NCBI GenBank assembly: GCA_002269645.1
Contig: NIVC01000946.1
Span: 124,001-188,000 of the forward strand
Length of the DNA stretch: 64,000 nucleotides
Source: Macrostomum lignano
Taxonomy: Eukaryota
Direction of reading: 5' to 3'
The notes below the pieces were generated by a model. The model searched no databases, had not been told where the DNA came from, and saw nothing but the letters and a program-made list of their open reading frames with translations. Below are positions 1-11,567 of the stretch, in pieces; the first letter of the stretch is position 1, and each line of letters opens with the position of its first letter. Both the position numbers and the translations under genes were made by a program.

Positions 1-1
1 C

Positions 2-2736
2 TGCCGGGCGGACACCAGCCGCGGCGAGATGGCCCGCCACCTGCAGATCTGCACCCTGCGCACCTCAGCCGTGGTGCCAGCAGCTGACGTTGCCAGACTG
101 TTGGAGGACATGCGATCCGAGCTGGAGGCGGCCAGGCAGGACTTCATGACCAAGCTGGCCGAGCAGAAGCTCGAGATGGACCTGAGACTCGACGCGCAGC
201 GGCGGCACCTGGTGCAACGGGAGCACTGCCTGCAGGAGCAGCTGGAGGAGATGCGGCGGCTCTACGCGCGGCTCAGCGAGGTCAGTTTCTCCCTACTGAT
301 CTGGTTGGGCATGAGCAACTCTGGCTTTTAGCTTTCAGGCCGGCTCTGCGAGGATTACCCGCCTGACTTGACTGTCTTCTAATCTAAGGGGCGATAAGAA
401 CGGGCGGGGCACCGGCTACAGAGGGGGCGCCAGCTACAGAGGGGAACCGGCTACAGAGGGGGCGCCAGCTACAGAGGGGCACCAGAAGCTACAGAGGGGG
501 CGCCAGAAGCTACAGAGGGGGCACCGGCTACAGAGGGGAACCGGCTACAGAGGGGTCGCCAGAAGCTACAGAGGAGGCGCCAGCTACAGAGGGGGCGCCG
601 TTTACAGAGGGGCACCAGAAGCTACAGAGGGGGCGCCAGCTACAGAGGGGGCGCCGGCTACAGAGGGGGCACCGGCTACAGAGGGGGCACCGGCTACAGA
701 TGGGGCACAGGCTACAGAGGGGCACCGGCTACAGAGGGGGCACCGGCTACAGAGGGGGCGCCGGCTACAGAGGGGGCACAGGCTACAGAGGGGGCACAGC
801 CTACAGAGGGGGCACCAGCTACAGAGGGGGCACAAGCTACAGAGGGGGCACAGGCTACAGAGGGGGCACCGGCTACAGAGGGGGCACAAGCTACAGAGGG
901 GGCGCCAGAAGTTACAGAGGGGGCGCCGGCTACAGAGGGGGCGCCAAAAGCTACAGAGGGGGCACAGGGGGCGCCAGCTACAGAGGAGGCACCAAATACA
1001 GAGGGGGCACCGGCTACAGAGGGGGCGCCAGCTACAGAGGAGGCACCAAATACAGAGGGGGCACCGGCTACAGAGGGGGCGCCAGCTACAGAGGAGGCAC
1101 CGGCTACAGAGGGGCACCGGCTACAGAGGGGGCGCCAGCTACAGAGGGGGCACCGGCTACAGAGGGGGCACAGGCTACAGAGGGGGCACCGGCTACAGAA
1201 GGGGCGCCGGCTACAGAGGGGCACCAGAAGCTACAGAGGGGGCGCCAGAAGCTACAGAGGGGGCACCGGCTACAGAGGGGGCACAAGCTACAGAGGGGGC
1301 ACAGGCTACAGAGGGGGCACAGGCTACAGAGGGGGCACAGGCTACAGAGGGGGCACAAGCTACAGAGGGGGCACCAGAAGCTATAGAGGGGCACAGGCTA
1401 CAGAGGGGGCACAAGCTACAGAGGGGGCACAAGCTACAGAGGGGGCACCAGAAGCTACAGAGGGGGCACAGGCTACAGAGGGGGCACCGGCTACAGAGGG
1501 GGCACCCGCTACAGAGGGGGCACCGGCTACAGAGGGGGCGCCAGCTACAGAGGGGGCACCGGCTACAGAGGGGGCACAGGCTACAGAGGGGGCACAGGCT
1601 ACAGAGGGACCGGCTACAGAGGGGGCACCGGCTACAGAGGAGGCACCGGCTACAGAGGGGGCACCGGCTACAGAGGGGGCGCCAGCTACAGAGGGGGCAC
1701 CGGCTACAGAGGGGCACAGGCTACAGAGGGGGCGCCAGCTACAGAGGGGGCGCCGGCTACAGAGGGGGCACCGGCTACAGAGATGGCACCGGCTACAGAG
1801 GGGGCGCCAGCTACAGAGGGGGCGCCAGAAGCTACAGAGGGGGCGCCGGCTATAGAGGGGGCGCCAGCTACAGAGGGGGCGCCAGAAGTTACAGAGGGGG
1901 CGCCGGCTACAGAGGGGGCGCCAGAAGCTAGAGAGGGGGCAGGGGGCGCCAGCTACAGAGGGGCGCCAGCCACAGAGGGGGCGCCAGCTACAGAGGGGAA
2001 CCGGCTACAGAGGGGTCGCCAGAAGCTACAGAGGAGGCGCCAGCTACAGAGGGGGCGCCGGCTACAGAGGGGCACCAGAAGCTACAGAGGGGGCACCGGC
2101 TACAGAGGGGAACCGGCTACAGAGGGGTCGCCAGAAGCTACAGAGGAGGCGCCAGCTACAGAGGGGGCGCCGGCTACAGAGGGGCACCAGAAGCTACAGA
2201 GGGGGCGCCAGCTACAGAGGGGGCGCCGGCTACAGAGGGGGCACAAGCTACAGAGAGGGCACAGGCTACAGAGGGGGCACAGGCTACAGAGGGACCGGCT
2301 ACAGAGGGGGCACAAGCTACAGAGGGGGCACCGGCTACAGAGGGGGCACCGGCTACAGAGGGGGCACCGGCTACAGAGGGGGCACAGGCTACAGAGGGGG
2401 CACCGGCTACAGAGGGGGCACCGGCTACAGAGGGGGCACCGGCTACAGAGGGGGCACCGGCTACAGAGGGGGTGCCAGCTAAATAGGGGGCGCCATGCAG
2501 TGTTTCATTTGCAATGACGCATGCAAGACAATCACAAGTAATGACCTGAAAATCTGTGACCGCCTGCATCACCTGTCATCTTACAGGACATCAAGAAGCT
2601 GATTCAGCAGGAGAAAACCAGCCGAACGGAGCTGCAGCGGATGGCGCAAGAGAAGGCGGAGCTTCTCCAATTGCTGCACCAGGCTTCCCGCTCGCAGGCG
2701 GTGCAGAAACTGCCGGAAAAAGTGACAGATTTATGA
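2..2736 (+). CDS. 3' end of a TRAF-type zinc finger / coiled-coil protein, RNF151/NRDP1-like by recollection; 5' part outside window
   Basis: Open frame from base 2 (CRADTSRGEMARHLQIC...RLDAQRRHLVQRE...RLSE), donor GT at 281 (phase 0), acceptor ttacag at 2586, terminal exon 2587-2736 in the same phase (DIKKLIQQEKTSRTELQRMAQEKAELLQLL...KVTDL*). The coiled-coil continues across the junction. The family name rests on remembered similarity, not a search. Confidence 0.7.
406..2495. repeat. Intronic GC-rich minisatellite, about 18-bp unit ACCGGCTACAGAGGGGGC with 17-21 bp variants
   Basis: Direct tandem periodicity; explains all repetitive ORFs in 528-2572. Confidence 0.97.
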
Positions 2737-2879
2737 CGCGGCAACTGCTGAACAGCGAACTTTCATTAGCGAAAGATAATCAATGCTGCATGTGTACATA
2801 TCTGTATAGCTCGATGTAACTGTTTAATAAGCAAAATCTCTGATCCTGAGAATACGCTCACCATTATTATCTGCCTATA

Positions 2880-3945
2880 AACCCTCAAATCTCACACCTG
2901 ATAGCTCTCAAATCTCATCTCTCAAATCTCTCAAATCTCACCCCTGATAGCTCTCAAATCTCACCTCCAAAATCTCTCAAATCTCACCTCCAAAATCTCT
3001 TAAATCTCACCTTCAAAATCTCTCAAATCTCCCTTCCAAAATCTCTTAAATCTGACCCCCGATAGCTCTTAAATCTCTTCTCCAAAATCTTTCAAATCTT
3101 ACCCGCAATTGTTCTCAAATCTCACCTTACAAAATCTTTTAAATCTCACCTCTGATAGCTCTCAAATCTCACCCCTGATAGCTCACAAATCTCACCCCTG
3201 ATAGCTCTTGAATCTCACCTCCGAAATCTATCATATCTCACCTCCAAAATCTCTAAATCTCACCCCCGATATCTCTCTTAAATCTCACTCCCGATAGCTC
3301 TCTTTAATCTCACCCCCGATAGCTCTTAAATCTCATCTCCAAAATCTTTCGAATCTCACCCGCGATGGCTCTCAAATCTCACCTACAAAATCTCTCAATT
3401 CTCACCCACAAAATCTATCAAATTTCACCTCTGATAGCTCTCAAATCTCACCTTTAAAATCTATCAAATCTCACCTCCAAAATCTCTCAAATCTCACCTC
3501 CAAAGTCTCTTAAATCTCAACCCCGATAGCTCTCAAATCTCATCTCCAAAATTTTTGGAATCTCTTCCCTGATAGCTCACAAACCTCTCCTCTGATAGCT
3601 CTCAAATGTCACCCCTGATAGCTCTCAAACCTCTCCTCTGATAGCTCTCAAATCTCACCCCTGATAGCTCTCAAATCTCACCCTGATAGCTCTCAAATCT
3701 CACCCCTGATAGCACTCAAACCTCTCCTCCAATATCTCTCAAATCTAACCCCTGAAATCTGTCAAATATCCCTTTTTAAAATCTCTCAAGTCTTACCCAT
3801 AAATTATTTAGAAAACTAAAATCTTAAATCTCTAAAATCTTAACGCAGGAATCTTTTTAAACTTTACCTTTGAAATCTTTTATCCCTCCCATCAAATCTC
3901 TAGAATCTCACCCCTGAAACATCTCGAATCTCATCCTCAAAACTC
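2880..3945. repeat. Degenerate pyrimidine-rich minisatellite, about 23-bp unit CTCTCAAATCTCACCCCTGATAG
   Basis: Repeated AAATCTC and CACCCCTGATAG motifs, diverged copies. Confidence 0.9.
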
Positions 3946-4710
3946 TAATCTGGACTGGGAGTATCATTTGAGCTATCACGAATCATCACTAGCCCGGTTA
4001 TACCTCAGAAAACTCGGGGAAGGGGTTGGTTTAACATTACATGTAGTCTAAGTTGTGATCCAGCGAAACAGCATGTTGGATTGAAAAATTTGCGCAAGGT
4101 ACGGATGTTTAGCTTACGCCAAACAAAAACTTTTAGTCCCTGTACAGTACTCCATTGCTTAATTCCTATTTTGTTTGTAGTAGCGGTGCTCAGATTGTTA
4201 CCTGCCAATGTTAATTACAATATAATATGCAATACGCGCGCGCCCAAGCTCTTCAGCTGAATGTCAAGGTTGTAAAAACTCAGCGGTGCTCTGTATGCAC
4301 ATTATGGCCATGATTCTGCGTGCGGGGAAGACATTGCACTTTAACCTGCCAATTACCACTGTGCCTATAAACAATATAACAGTATAAGCATACTTGAGCC
4401 GGCGTTCGGTCTTAATCAATTGTCAATTAGCGACTGCCAATCAGTTTGCCAATCAGACTGCTGGGGGGAATGGCTGGCCAACAACAATAGGTATCGCAGT
4501 AAAAGAAGGTTTGATTTATTACGAATGAGCATCGATCGGCTGGGAAGCATCATGGACGCGTCGCTACACTCGTATTAGCCAGGAAGTTCTTAAGCCTTAA
4601 ATCGGTGCAGAATATGGGCATATAGAACCTATATACTCAATTTCGTCAGTAGTCTCTGTAATTACATGCGTCATTCTTAGCAGCTTTTTATTTAATTCAT
4701 AAGAAAATCT

Positions 4711-5844
4711 ATCAAATTCTCAAAAAATAGCGTCTATGTCCCTAAACTACTGAACTCAAAACTTAAGCAGCCCATGTCGGCTTTTTGCACAAGTCACAAA
4801 AAACAGCGGTCGCACTACCCTGGGAATATAAGATCTATGGATTAGACGAACACATGATGTCATAGAAAACCTAGTTTATAGTTTTATATAGCATTTTGCA
4901 GTCAAGTTTGAACTGCGGGCATTCAAATTAGACGCTTGACCAGATCTCACTGCTGGCACAAATGCTATCTATGGCCTAGACAAAATCACACTGGTGGGCA
5001 CTCAATTTAGACAAGGGGCATTCAAATTAGACAAGTTCTCAGGCGCATTGGCTGGGCAATTCAAGATCGTGTTGCGTCTGTTGTCAGACAACCATTCTGT
5101 GAACCCTGAACTATGAAGATAAGAACAAGTTATAACAAAGTAAGCATGTGTGAACAAACAAAACAGGGTGCTCAGCACATCAATGAACAAGAAGCGATTC
5201 CCGCATTTGCCCGAGTGTCATCAGAGGGTTGGCATTCAACAAGGCGGCCAGATGGTCCTTCATTGCAGGATTCATTCGACGGTGCCTGGCTCCTCCCCTT
5301 GGTAGCGCGTATCGCTGGCCATCCTGAACAAACTTGTTCCAGATGTTGTACACTGATGATCTCTTGACATCCAACATGTTGGCAATTTCAGCCACAGAGT
5401 CACCACGTTGGCATGCCCCAATAATGAGGTCACGCTTCTCTCTGGAAATTCTTGCATAGCGACGAATCGGATTGTCCATGGTCTTTCTCTCTGGCACACA
5501 TAGACTTTCCGCTGCTTGTCTAAATTGAGTGCCCGTCAGTGTGTTTCAGTTTGTGCCACAGACATAAAGTTCTGCTTGACTTGGGGACGGATTCTGAAAT
5601 TTGGCTCTTCCCTTCTTGTCTAATTTGAATGCCCGCAGTTCAAACTTGACTGCAAAATGCTATAATAATTTTAGCTGTCTTGAGCCATAGATCTTTATAT
5701 CCCCTAGATAGGCCACTTTGTATGGCGGCAATAGGGAAGTGCTACCGCTGCTTTTCGTCACTTGTGCGAAAAAGTCGACATGGGTTGCTTTAATTTTGAG
5801 TTCAGTAGCTTAGGGACATTGACGCTATTTTTTGAGAATTTGAT
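4711..5844. mobile_element. Foldback/MITE-like element with about 130-160 bp imperfect inverted arms (4711-4840 and 5685-5844), interrupted by a Tc1-like insertion
   Basis: ATCAAATTCTCAAAAAATAGCGTC(T)ATGTCCCTAA... at 4711 is the reverse complement of ...TTAGGGACATTGACGCTATTTTTTGAGAATTTGAT ending 5844; AGATCTATGG (4831) pairs with CCATAGATCT (5685). No TSD identified. Confidence 0.8.
4889..5662 (-). mobile_element. Internally deleted Tc1/IS630-mariner element (774 bp)
   Basis: Perfect 45-bp TIRs (4889-4933 and 5618-5662) flanked by TA on both sides; ORF 5180-5497 encodes a paired-HTH transposase N-terminus (AEIANMLDVKRSSVYNIWNKF...GGARHRRM); a short WL..N..ILNCPANAPE relic of the catalytic region follows; internal copies of the TIR core GGGCA(T/C)TCAA(A/T)TTAGACAAG at 4996, 5016 and 5515. 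Confidence 0.92.
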
Positions 5845-6185
5845 TTCGCATTCTATGTATTAGCTCAGTATTTGCGAGATACTGAGATATTTGCGATTTG
5901 GTCGCGAGATGCAAAATTTTGGTCGCGAGGCCACATAAGCAGTTGTCCCATGATTTTGCGGGCCGCACGGCCCACGGAATCGTCAATGTGTGCCCGCGAT
6001 TTTAGTCTATGGCATTTATTATTAAGCGTAGAAAAAGATAAATTTATCGAAGTAACAGTACATGCTAGCCAGCATAACAAAAGTACATTTATAAACAATA
6101 CGTCAATAGCAGAATAGTTCATCAATGCTTCATCAAAAGCCATGCAGCGTTAAAGATGTAGAAGCTGAGTCTTACACCGTCTTTC

Positions 6186-6578
6186 TCAAGCACTGTTTGT
6201 CTCCTTTACAAATCGATGGATACTAGCCCGAAAGCCACGAATCGTATCCGGTGCATAGGTCTTCGTTCCAAGCGCAGGATTAGCTCGCAGACTTACGTAC
6301 CAGAGGCGCAGATAGCCGTCTAAGTAGCTTTCAATGTCATCAGGCAGGTTTTTCTCTCGAAGAAATTTCTTGAACCGATTAATTTGATTCTTAGTGGTTG
6401 CTAAGGTGGATGCCGACTTTGACGACTGTTCAAGTCGTTTGATGTCCTCTAGTTCTTGTACATCTAAGTCGCGATACGAATCTTCCTGAGTCCGTAGTTC
6501 CGCCAAAAACGTTTCCACGTCATTGAGGTTCAGGATTGGCAATCCCGACCACTGATCGACAGACGTCTTCGCGCTCAT
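6186..6578 (-). pseudogene. Crypton-like (tyrosine recombinase, DUF3504/KCTD1-ZMYM-related) N-terminal fragment
   Basis: Motifs STLATTKNQINRFKKFL, YLDGYLRLWYVSLR and TYAPDTIRGFRASIHRFVKE match the N-terminal helical region typical of Crypton-A recombinases; the ORF stops before the catalytic domain. Confidence 0.65.
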
Positions 6579-8189
6579 GGACGCAGTTTGGACATGAATT
6601 CCAATTCAGCACTATCCAAGCGGACCAAGCCACTAATATCGCCAGTGGCGATTCTTTGCAAATTGATCATGCCTCGTGCTCAATAATTTGTGCTCGTGCT
6701 TGTTGACTTCCATATATATATTCGCTCTTTTCTTCAGGATTCTACCAGCTGTTGCAAAAATACAGTTTAAAAAGCCTGAGTATTACCACAGACTAAAGTG
6801 GCGGGCAGGAATGAATTCCGTGCCCGCTAGTTTCGTCTATGGTTAATGCTTAGTGGCGCCCTCGAAATGATGAGACAACACAGTTCTGTCTATGCATTTT
6901 CGGGCAGAAATGAGACGGAATCCTCGGTCTGCTTCGCAGACCTCGGATTTCGCTCGTTCCTGCCCTCAAATCCATAGACAGAACCATTAGTTAATGAGTG
7001 GCCCATCTTGTGTATCTGCGATCTTTGGCTTGAGCATTCCAGTAAAAATGGTGACCTCAGTCCGGAATCTTTTAAGACGCCCCTCGTACTGAATATAAAC
7101 ACACAGATGTTGTCCTGCTCTATCGGTGAAATCAACCAGCTGTTTAATGAGCGTTCCAGTTTAATTTTAGCTGCAGATTTGTCTATGGTCGGAAAGCAAG
7201 AGTCCAGAGGATTAATAGCAATATTGGCTCCCCATGTTAGCTCGGTACTCATTGAAGCACTTGCTGCAATGATTGTGATTCGAAAGTCTAGAGGGTGAGA
7301 CATTGTGATAAATCCAAGTGCTGAGAATAAACACTGAAAACTTTCCATCTTGCTAATTGATTCATTTTGCAGCTAAAACCAGCGCCTCAGCGAAATTGCC
7401 ACGACTTGCATGATTTTCTACTATCAGTAGCAGTGCAATAACTTAAAAAACAAACAAACAAAAAAACAAGTCAATTAATCTCTGGCTAAATAGAAATAAA
7501 TTTGTTATAAACAGTCAAAAAACCAGGGAATTATCAATTGAAAACAAGTCAGAAAAGCATTCCATAGCAAATATGGATTATTATACAAGCAAAAGAAACC
7601 GCAGCAGCAGCAGCAGCAATAATTGGCGCGCAGCAAACTAAAGAAGCTATAACAATAAACTGACTGTTCCCAAGAAAAGCCAGGTGCAAAAAGAACACCA
7701 AAAAGAAAATAAAACACACAAACTATTCGAAACACGAGACAGATGGATGGACATTTACAACATCACTCATTTTCATACGGAGTTGGAGATCAATATGAGC
7801 AGTCCTGATGCGAAAACCATAGTAGAAAATACTAAACCGCTGGAATATAATTAATAATTCGTGCATAAATGAGATTTTATGATTAAAAATGTAGAAAGCA
7901 TGATGGCTTATAAAAATAAAACCAATTCTGTTCCATGTCAATCAATACTACACAGTGTAATAACTAAAGCATGAATTGTGTGCAGGACTGGCAGGCAGAT
8001 TAAGCAAATGGCATTGAAACATTGACAATCCGATGCGGCACAGGAGAAATAAGCGGATATTGTTGGCAAGCCCCCCCCCGGATTCTTGACACAACAGTTG
8101 TTAAAAATTGACGCAATTTGTCGCAAAGGAGAGGATTGACGATTTTTCTATCAGGAATTGCTGCCCAACTGGTTTTTAAGTTCTTTTCA

Positions 8190-9090
8190 AGCTTATGAAG
8201 ATTTGAGCTTATGAATATTCGAACTTATGCAATTTTGAGCTTGTGAAGATTCGAGCTTGTGAAGATTCGAGCTTGTGAAGATTCGAGCTTGTGAAGATTC
8301 GAGCTTGTGAAGATTCGAGCTTGTGAAGATTCGAGCTTGTGAAGATTCGAGCTTGTGAAGATTCGAGCTTGTGAAGATTTGAGCTTGTGAAGATTCGAGA
8401 TTATGAAGATTCAAGCTAGTGAGATTCGAGATTATAAAGATTCAAGCTAGTGAAGATTCGAGCTTGGGAAGATTCGAGCTTGTGAAGATTCGAGCTTGTG
8501 AAGATTCGAGCTTGGGAAGATTCGAGCTTGTGAAGATTCGAGCTTGTGAAGATGCAAGATTATGAAGATTCAAGCTAGTGAAGATTCGAGATTATGAAGA
8601 TTCAAGCTAGTGAAGATTCGAGATTATGAAGATTCAAGCTTGTGAAGATTCGAGCTTGGGAAGATTCGAGCTTGTGAAGATGCAAGATTATGAAGATTCA
8701 AGCTTGTGAAGATTCGAGCTTGTGAAGATTCGAGCTTGTGAAGATTCGAGCTTGTGAAGATGCAAGATTATGAAGATTCAAGCTAGTGAAGATTCGAGAT
8801 TATGAAGATTCAAGCTAGTGAAGATTCGAGATTATGAAGATTCAAGCTTGTGAAGATTCGAGCTTGGGAAGATTCGAGCTTGTGAAGATTCGAGCTTGTG
8901 AAGATTCGAGATTATGAAGATTCGAGCTTGTGAAGATTCGAGCTTGTGAAGATTCGAGATTATGAAGATTCGAGCTTGGGAAGATTCGAGCTTGTGAAGA
9001 TGCGAGATAATGACGTTCAAGCTAGTGAAGATTCAAGCTAGATTGTGAAGTTATGAGCTTATGAAATTTAGACCTTATAAAACGCCCCAA
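8190..9090. repeat. Minisatellite, 16-bp unit TTGTGAAGATTCGAGC
   Basis: About 55 tandem units with variants (ATTATGAAG, CTAGTGAAG, TGGGAAG). Confidence 0.97.
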
Positions 9091-9309
9091 CGTCTCTAAC
9101 AGACTGTCATGTCAGTGAAGCATGAAAATTTTCTGTTAAACTTCTTTGCACACAATAAAAAAGATTCGCTTAGCAGCAGAAATACCAAACTTTCTTAGAA
9201 TCATTTTTACGCAGAATATCTCGCTGGGCGACTTGAGTTCTGTTTGAGGAGTCTTGATTCTTAAACACAACACTAAGCACCGTTAGTTGGCTGAGCCGGT
9301 GGCGTCACG

Positions 9310-9987
9310 TCACGAGCAGCAGCCGCTGCCGCCTTCAGTTTCACCAGTCCCGTTTGCGGTCAGGCGGACAGCTGCTGCTGACGCAGACGAGTTCACTCCC
9401 CGTCCAACCCGGACACCGTCCCAGGCTGGCGACATGCCGGTGTAACGGCCGGCCATGAGCAGGCAGTAGACCCGCTCGGCCAGGCTGCGGAAACAGGCCT
9501 CAACATTGTGGCCGCTGATCGCGCTGGTCTCAATATAAGCCAACCCAAGCTGCTCGGCCAATCCGGACGCTTCGTCCAGGCTAACCGTCCGCTGGCCGGA
9601 CATGTCCGCCTTCTGGCCAACTAGCAGCAGGCCCGGATCCGGACAAGTCATATTCAAACGGGCCTCCTTAAGCCAGGCTGACACGCTACTAAAACTATCC
9701 CGATTAGTGACGTCAAAGACAATGAGAGCGGCTACTGCATTGCGATAATAAGAGCGAGTGATGGACCGGAACTTCTCGTGGCCGGCCGTGTCCCACAGGG
9801 TCAGCTTGATCCGGCTGCCGTCCGGCAGTTGAACTAGGCGAGCAAAGAAATCAACACCGACCGTGGCTTCGCAGGCCGTGTCGGCTGAGCCTTCGACAAA
9901 ATAGCGAACTAGGGACGACTTGCCAACCATGGTGTCGCCAATGATGATCACCCTGAACTGGTAATCGAACAGCGGCCCGGGCAGCAT
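9310..9987 (-). CDS. Rab39: Rab39/Rab42-family small GTPase, single coding exon, 225 aa
   Basis: YQFRVIIIGDTMVGKSSL (G1), TVGVDFFARL (switch I as in Rab39), WDTAGHEKFRSITRSYYRN (G3), GQKAD (G4), ETSA (G5), C-terminal CCS prenylation motif. Confidence 0.88.
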   Translation of the reverse strand: MLPGPLFDYQFRVIIIGDTMVGKSSLVRYFVEGSADTACEATVGVDFFARLVQLPDGSRIKLTLWDTAGHEKFRSITRSYYRNAVAALIVFDVTNRDSFSSVSAWLKEARLNMTCPDPGLLLVGQKADMSGQRTVSLDEASGLAEQLGLAYIETSAISGHNVEACFRSLAERVYCLLMAGRYTGMSPAWDGVRVGRGVNSSASAAAVRLTANGTGETEGGSGCCS

Positions 9988-10135
9988 GACACTGTCCAGT
10001 GTGTTCTCTCTCCCTTTGTTAACAGTCTTTTTAATTCAATATACCAATTGATCGGCGTCTCTGAAACATAGAACAACATATCGTTGGAAGTAGCGCTTCA
10101 TAAAATGTATGCTTGCAGTTCTGCGATACTGCAGT

Positions 10136-11567
10136 ACAGTAAGGACTGGTGGGTAGCTTAGCCCAGCTTACCGAACTGAACAGTAAGGACTGTTGAGTAG
10201 CTTAGCCCAGCTTACCGAACTGAACAGTAAGGACTGTTGAGTAGCTTAGCCCAGCTTACCGAACTGAACAGTAAGGACTGTTGAGTAGCTTAGCCCAGCT
10301 TATCGAACTGAACAGTAAGGACTGGTGGGTAGCTTAGCCCAGCTTATCGAACTGAACAGTAAGGACTGTTGAGTAGCTTAGCCCAGCTTATCGAACTGAA
10401 CAGTAAGGACTGTTGGGTAGCTTAGCCCAGCTTATCGAACTGAACAGTAAGGACTGTTGAGTAGCTTAGCCCAGCTTATCGAACTGAACAGTAAGGACTG
10501 TTGAGTAGCTTAGCCCAGCTTATCGAACTGAACAGTAAGGACTGTTGAGTAGCTTAGCCCAGCTGACCGAACTGAACAGTAAGGACTGTTGAGTAGCTTA
10601 GCCCAGCTTATCGAACTGAACAGTAAGGACTGTTGAGTAGCTTAGCCCAGCTTACCGAACTGTACAGTAAGGACTGTTGAGTAGCTTAGCCCAGCTGACC
10701 GAACTGAACAGTAAGGACTGTTGAGTAGCTTAGCCCAGCTTATCGAACTGAACAGTAAGGACTGTTGAGTAGCTTAGCCCAGCTGACCGAACTGAACAGT
10801 AAGGACTGTTGAGTAGCTTAGCCCAGCTTATCGAACTGAACAGTAAGGACTGTTGAGTAGCTTAGCCCAGCTGACCGAACTGTACAGTAAGGACTGGTGG
10901 GTAGCTTAGCCCAGCTTATCGAACTGAACAGTAAGGACTGTTGAGTAGCTTAGCCCAGCTTATCGAACTGAACAGTAAGGACTGTTGAGTAGCTTAGCCC
11001 AGCTGACCGAACTGAACAGTAAGGACTGTTGAGTAGCTTAGCCCAGCTGACCGAACTGAACAGTAAGGACTGTTGAGTAGCTTAGCCCAGCTGACCGAAC
11101 TGAACAGTAAGGACTGTTGAGTAGCTTAGCCCAGCTGACCGAACTGAACAGTAAGGACTGTTGAGTAGCTTAGCCCAGCTTATCGAACTGAACAGTAAGG
11201 ACTGTTGAGTAGCTTAGCCCAGCTGACCGAACTGAACAGTAAGGACTGTTGAGTAGCTTAGCCCAGCTGACCGAACTGAACAGTAAGGACTGTTGAGTAG
11301 CTTAGCCCAGCTGACCGAACTGAACAGTAAGGACTGGTGGGTAGCTTAGCCCAGCTGACCGAACTGTACAGTAAGGACTGGTTAGGTAGCTTAGCCCAGC
11401 TGACCGAACTGTACAGTAAGGACTGGTGGGTAGCTTAGCCCAGCTGACCGAACTGTACAGTAAGGACTGGTGGGTAGCTTAGCCCAGCTGACCGAACTGT
11501 ACAGTAAGGACTGGTGGGTAGCTTAGCCCAGCTGACCGAACTGAACAGTAAGACCTGGTAGGTAGGC
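10136..11567. repeat. Homogeneous minisatellite, 44-bp unit CAGTAAGGACTGTTGAGTAGCTTAGCCCAGCTTATCGAACTGAA, about 32 copies, just upstream of Rab39
   Basis: Direct periodicity; each unit has a 6-bp hairpin AACAGT-AAGG-ACTGTT; no spacers. Confidence 0.98.

Noticed and set aside
528-2572. Many long repetitive ORFs (ATEGAP, YRGG, CPLCS)
   Set aside because: Translations of an 18-bp intronic minisatellite in all frames; the flanking exons splice around it.
6977-7348. Possible orphan exon (+, about 6981-7293) or 152-aa minus-strand ORF
   Set aside because: Protein-like and bounded by AG/GT, but no recognisable motif or partner exons.
10136-11567. CRISPR-like array of hairpin-containing repeats
   Set aside because: Units are contiguous with no unique spacers, no cas genes, eukaryotic context.
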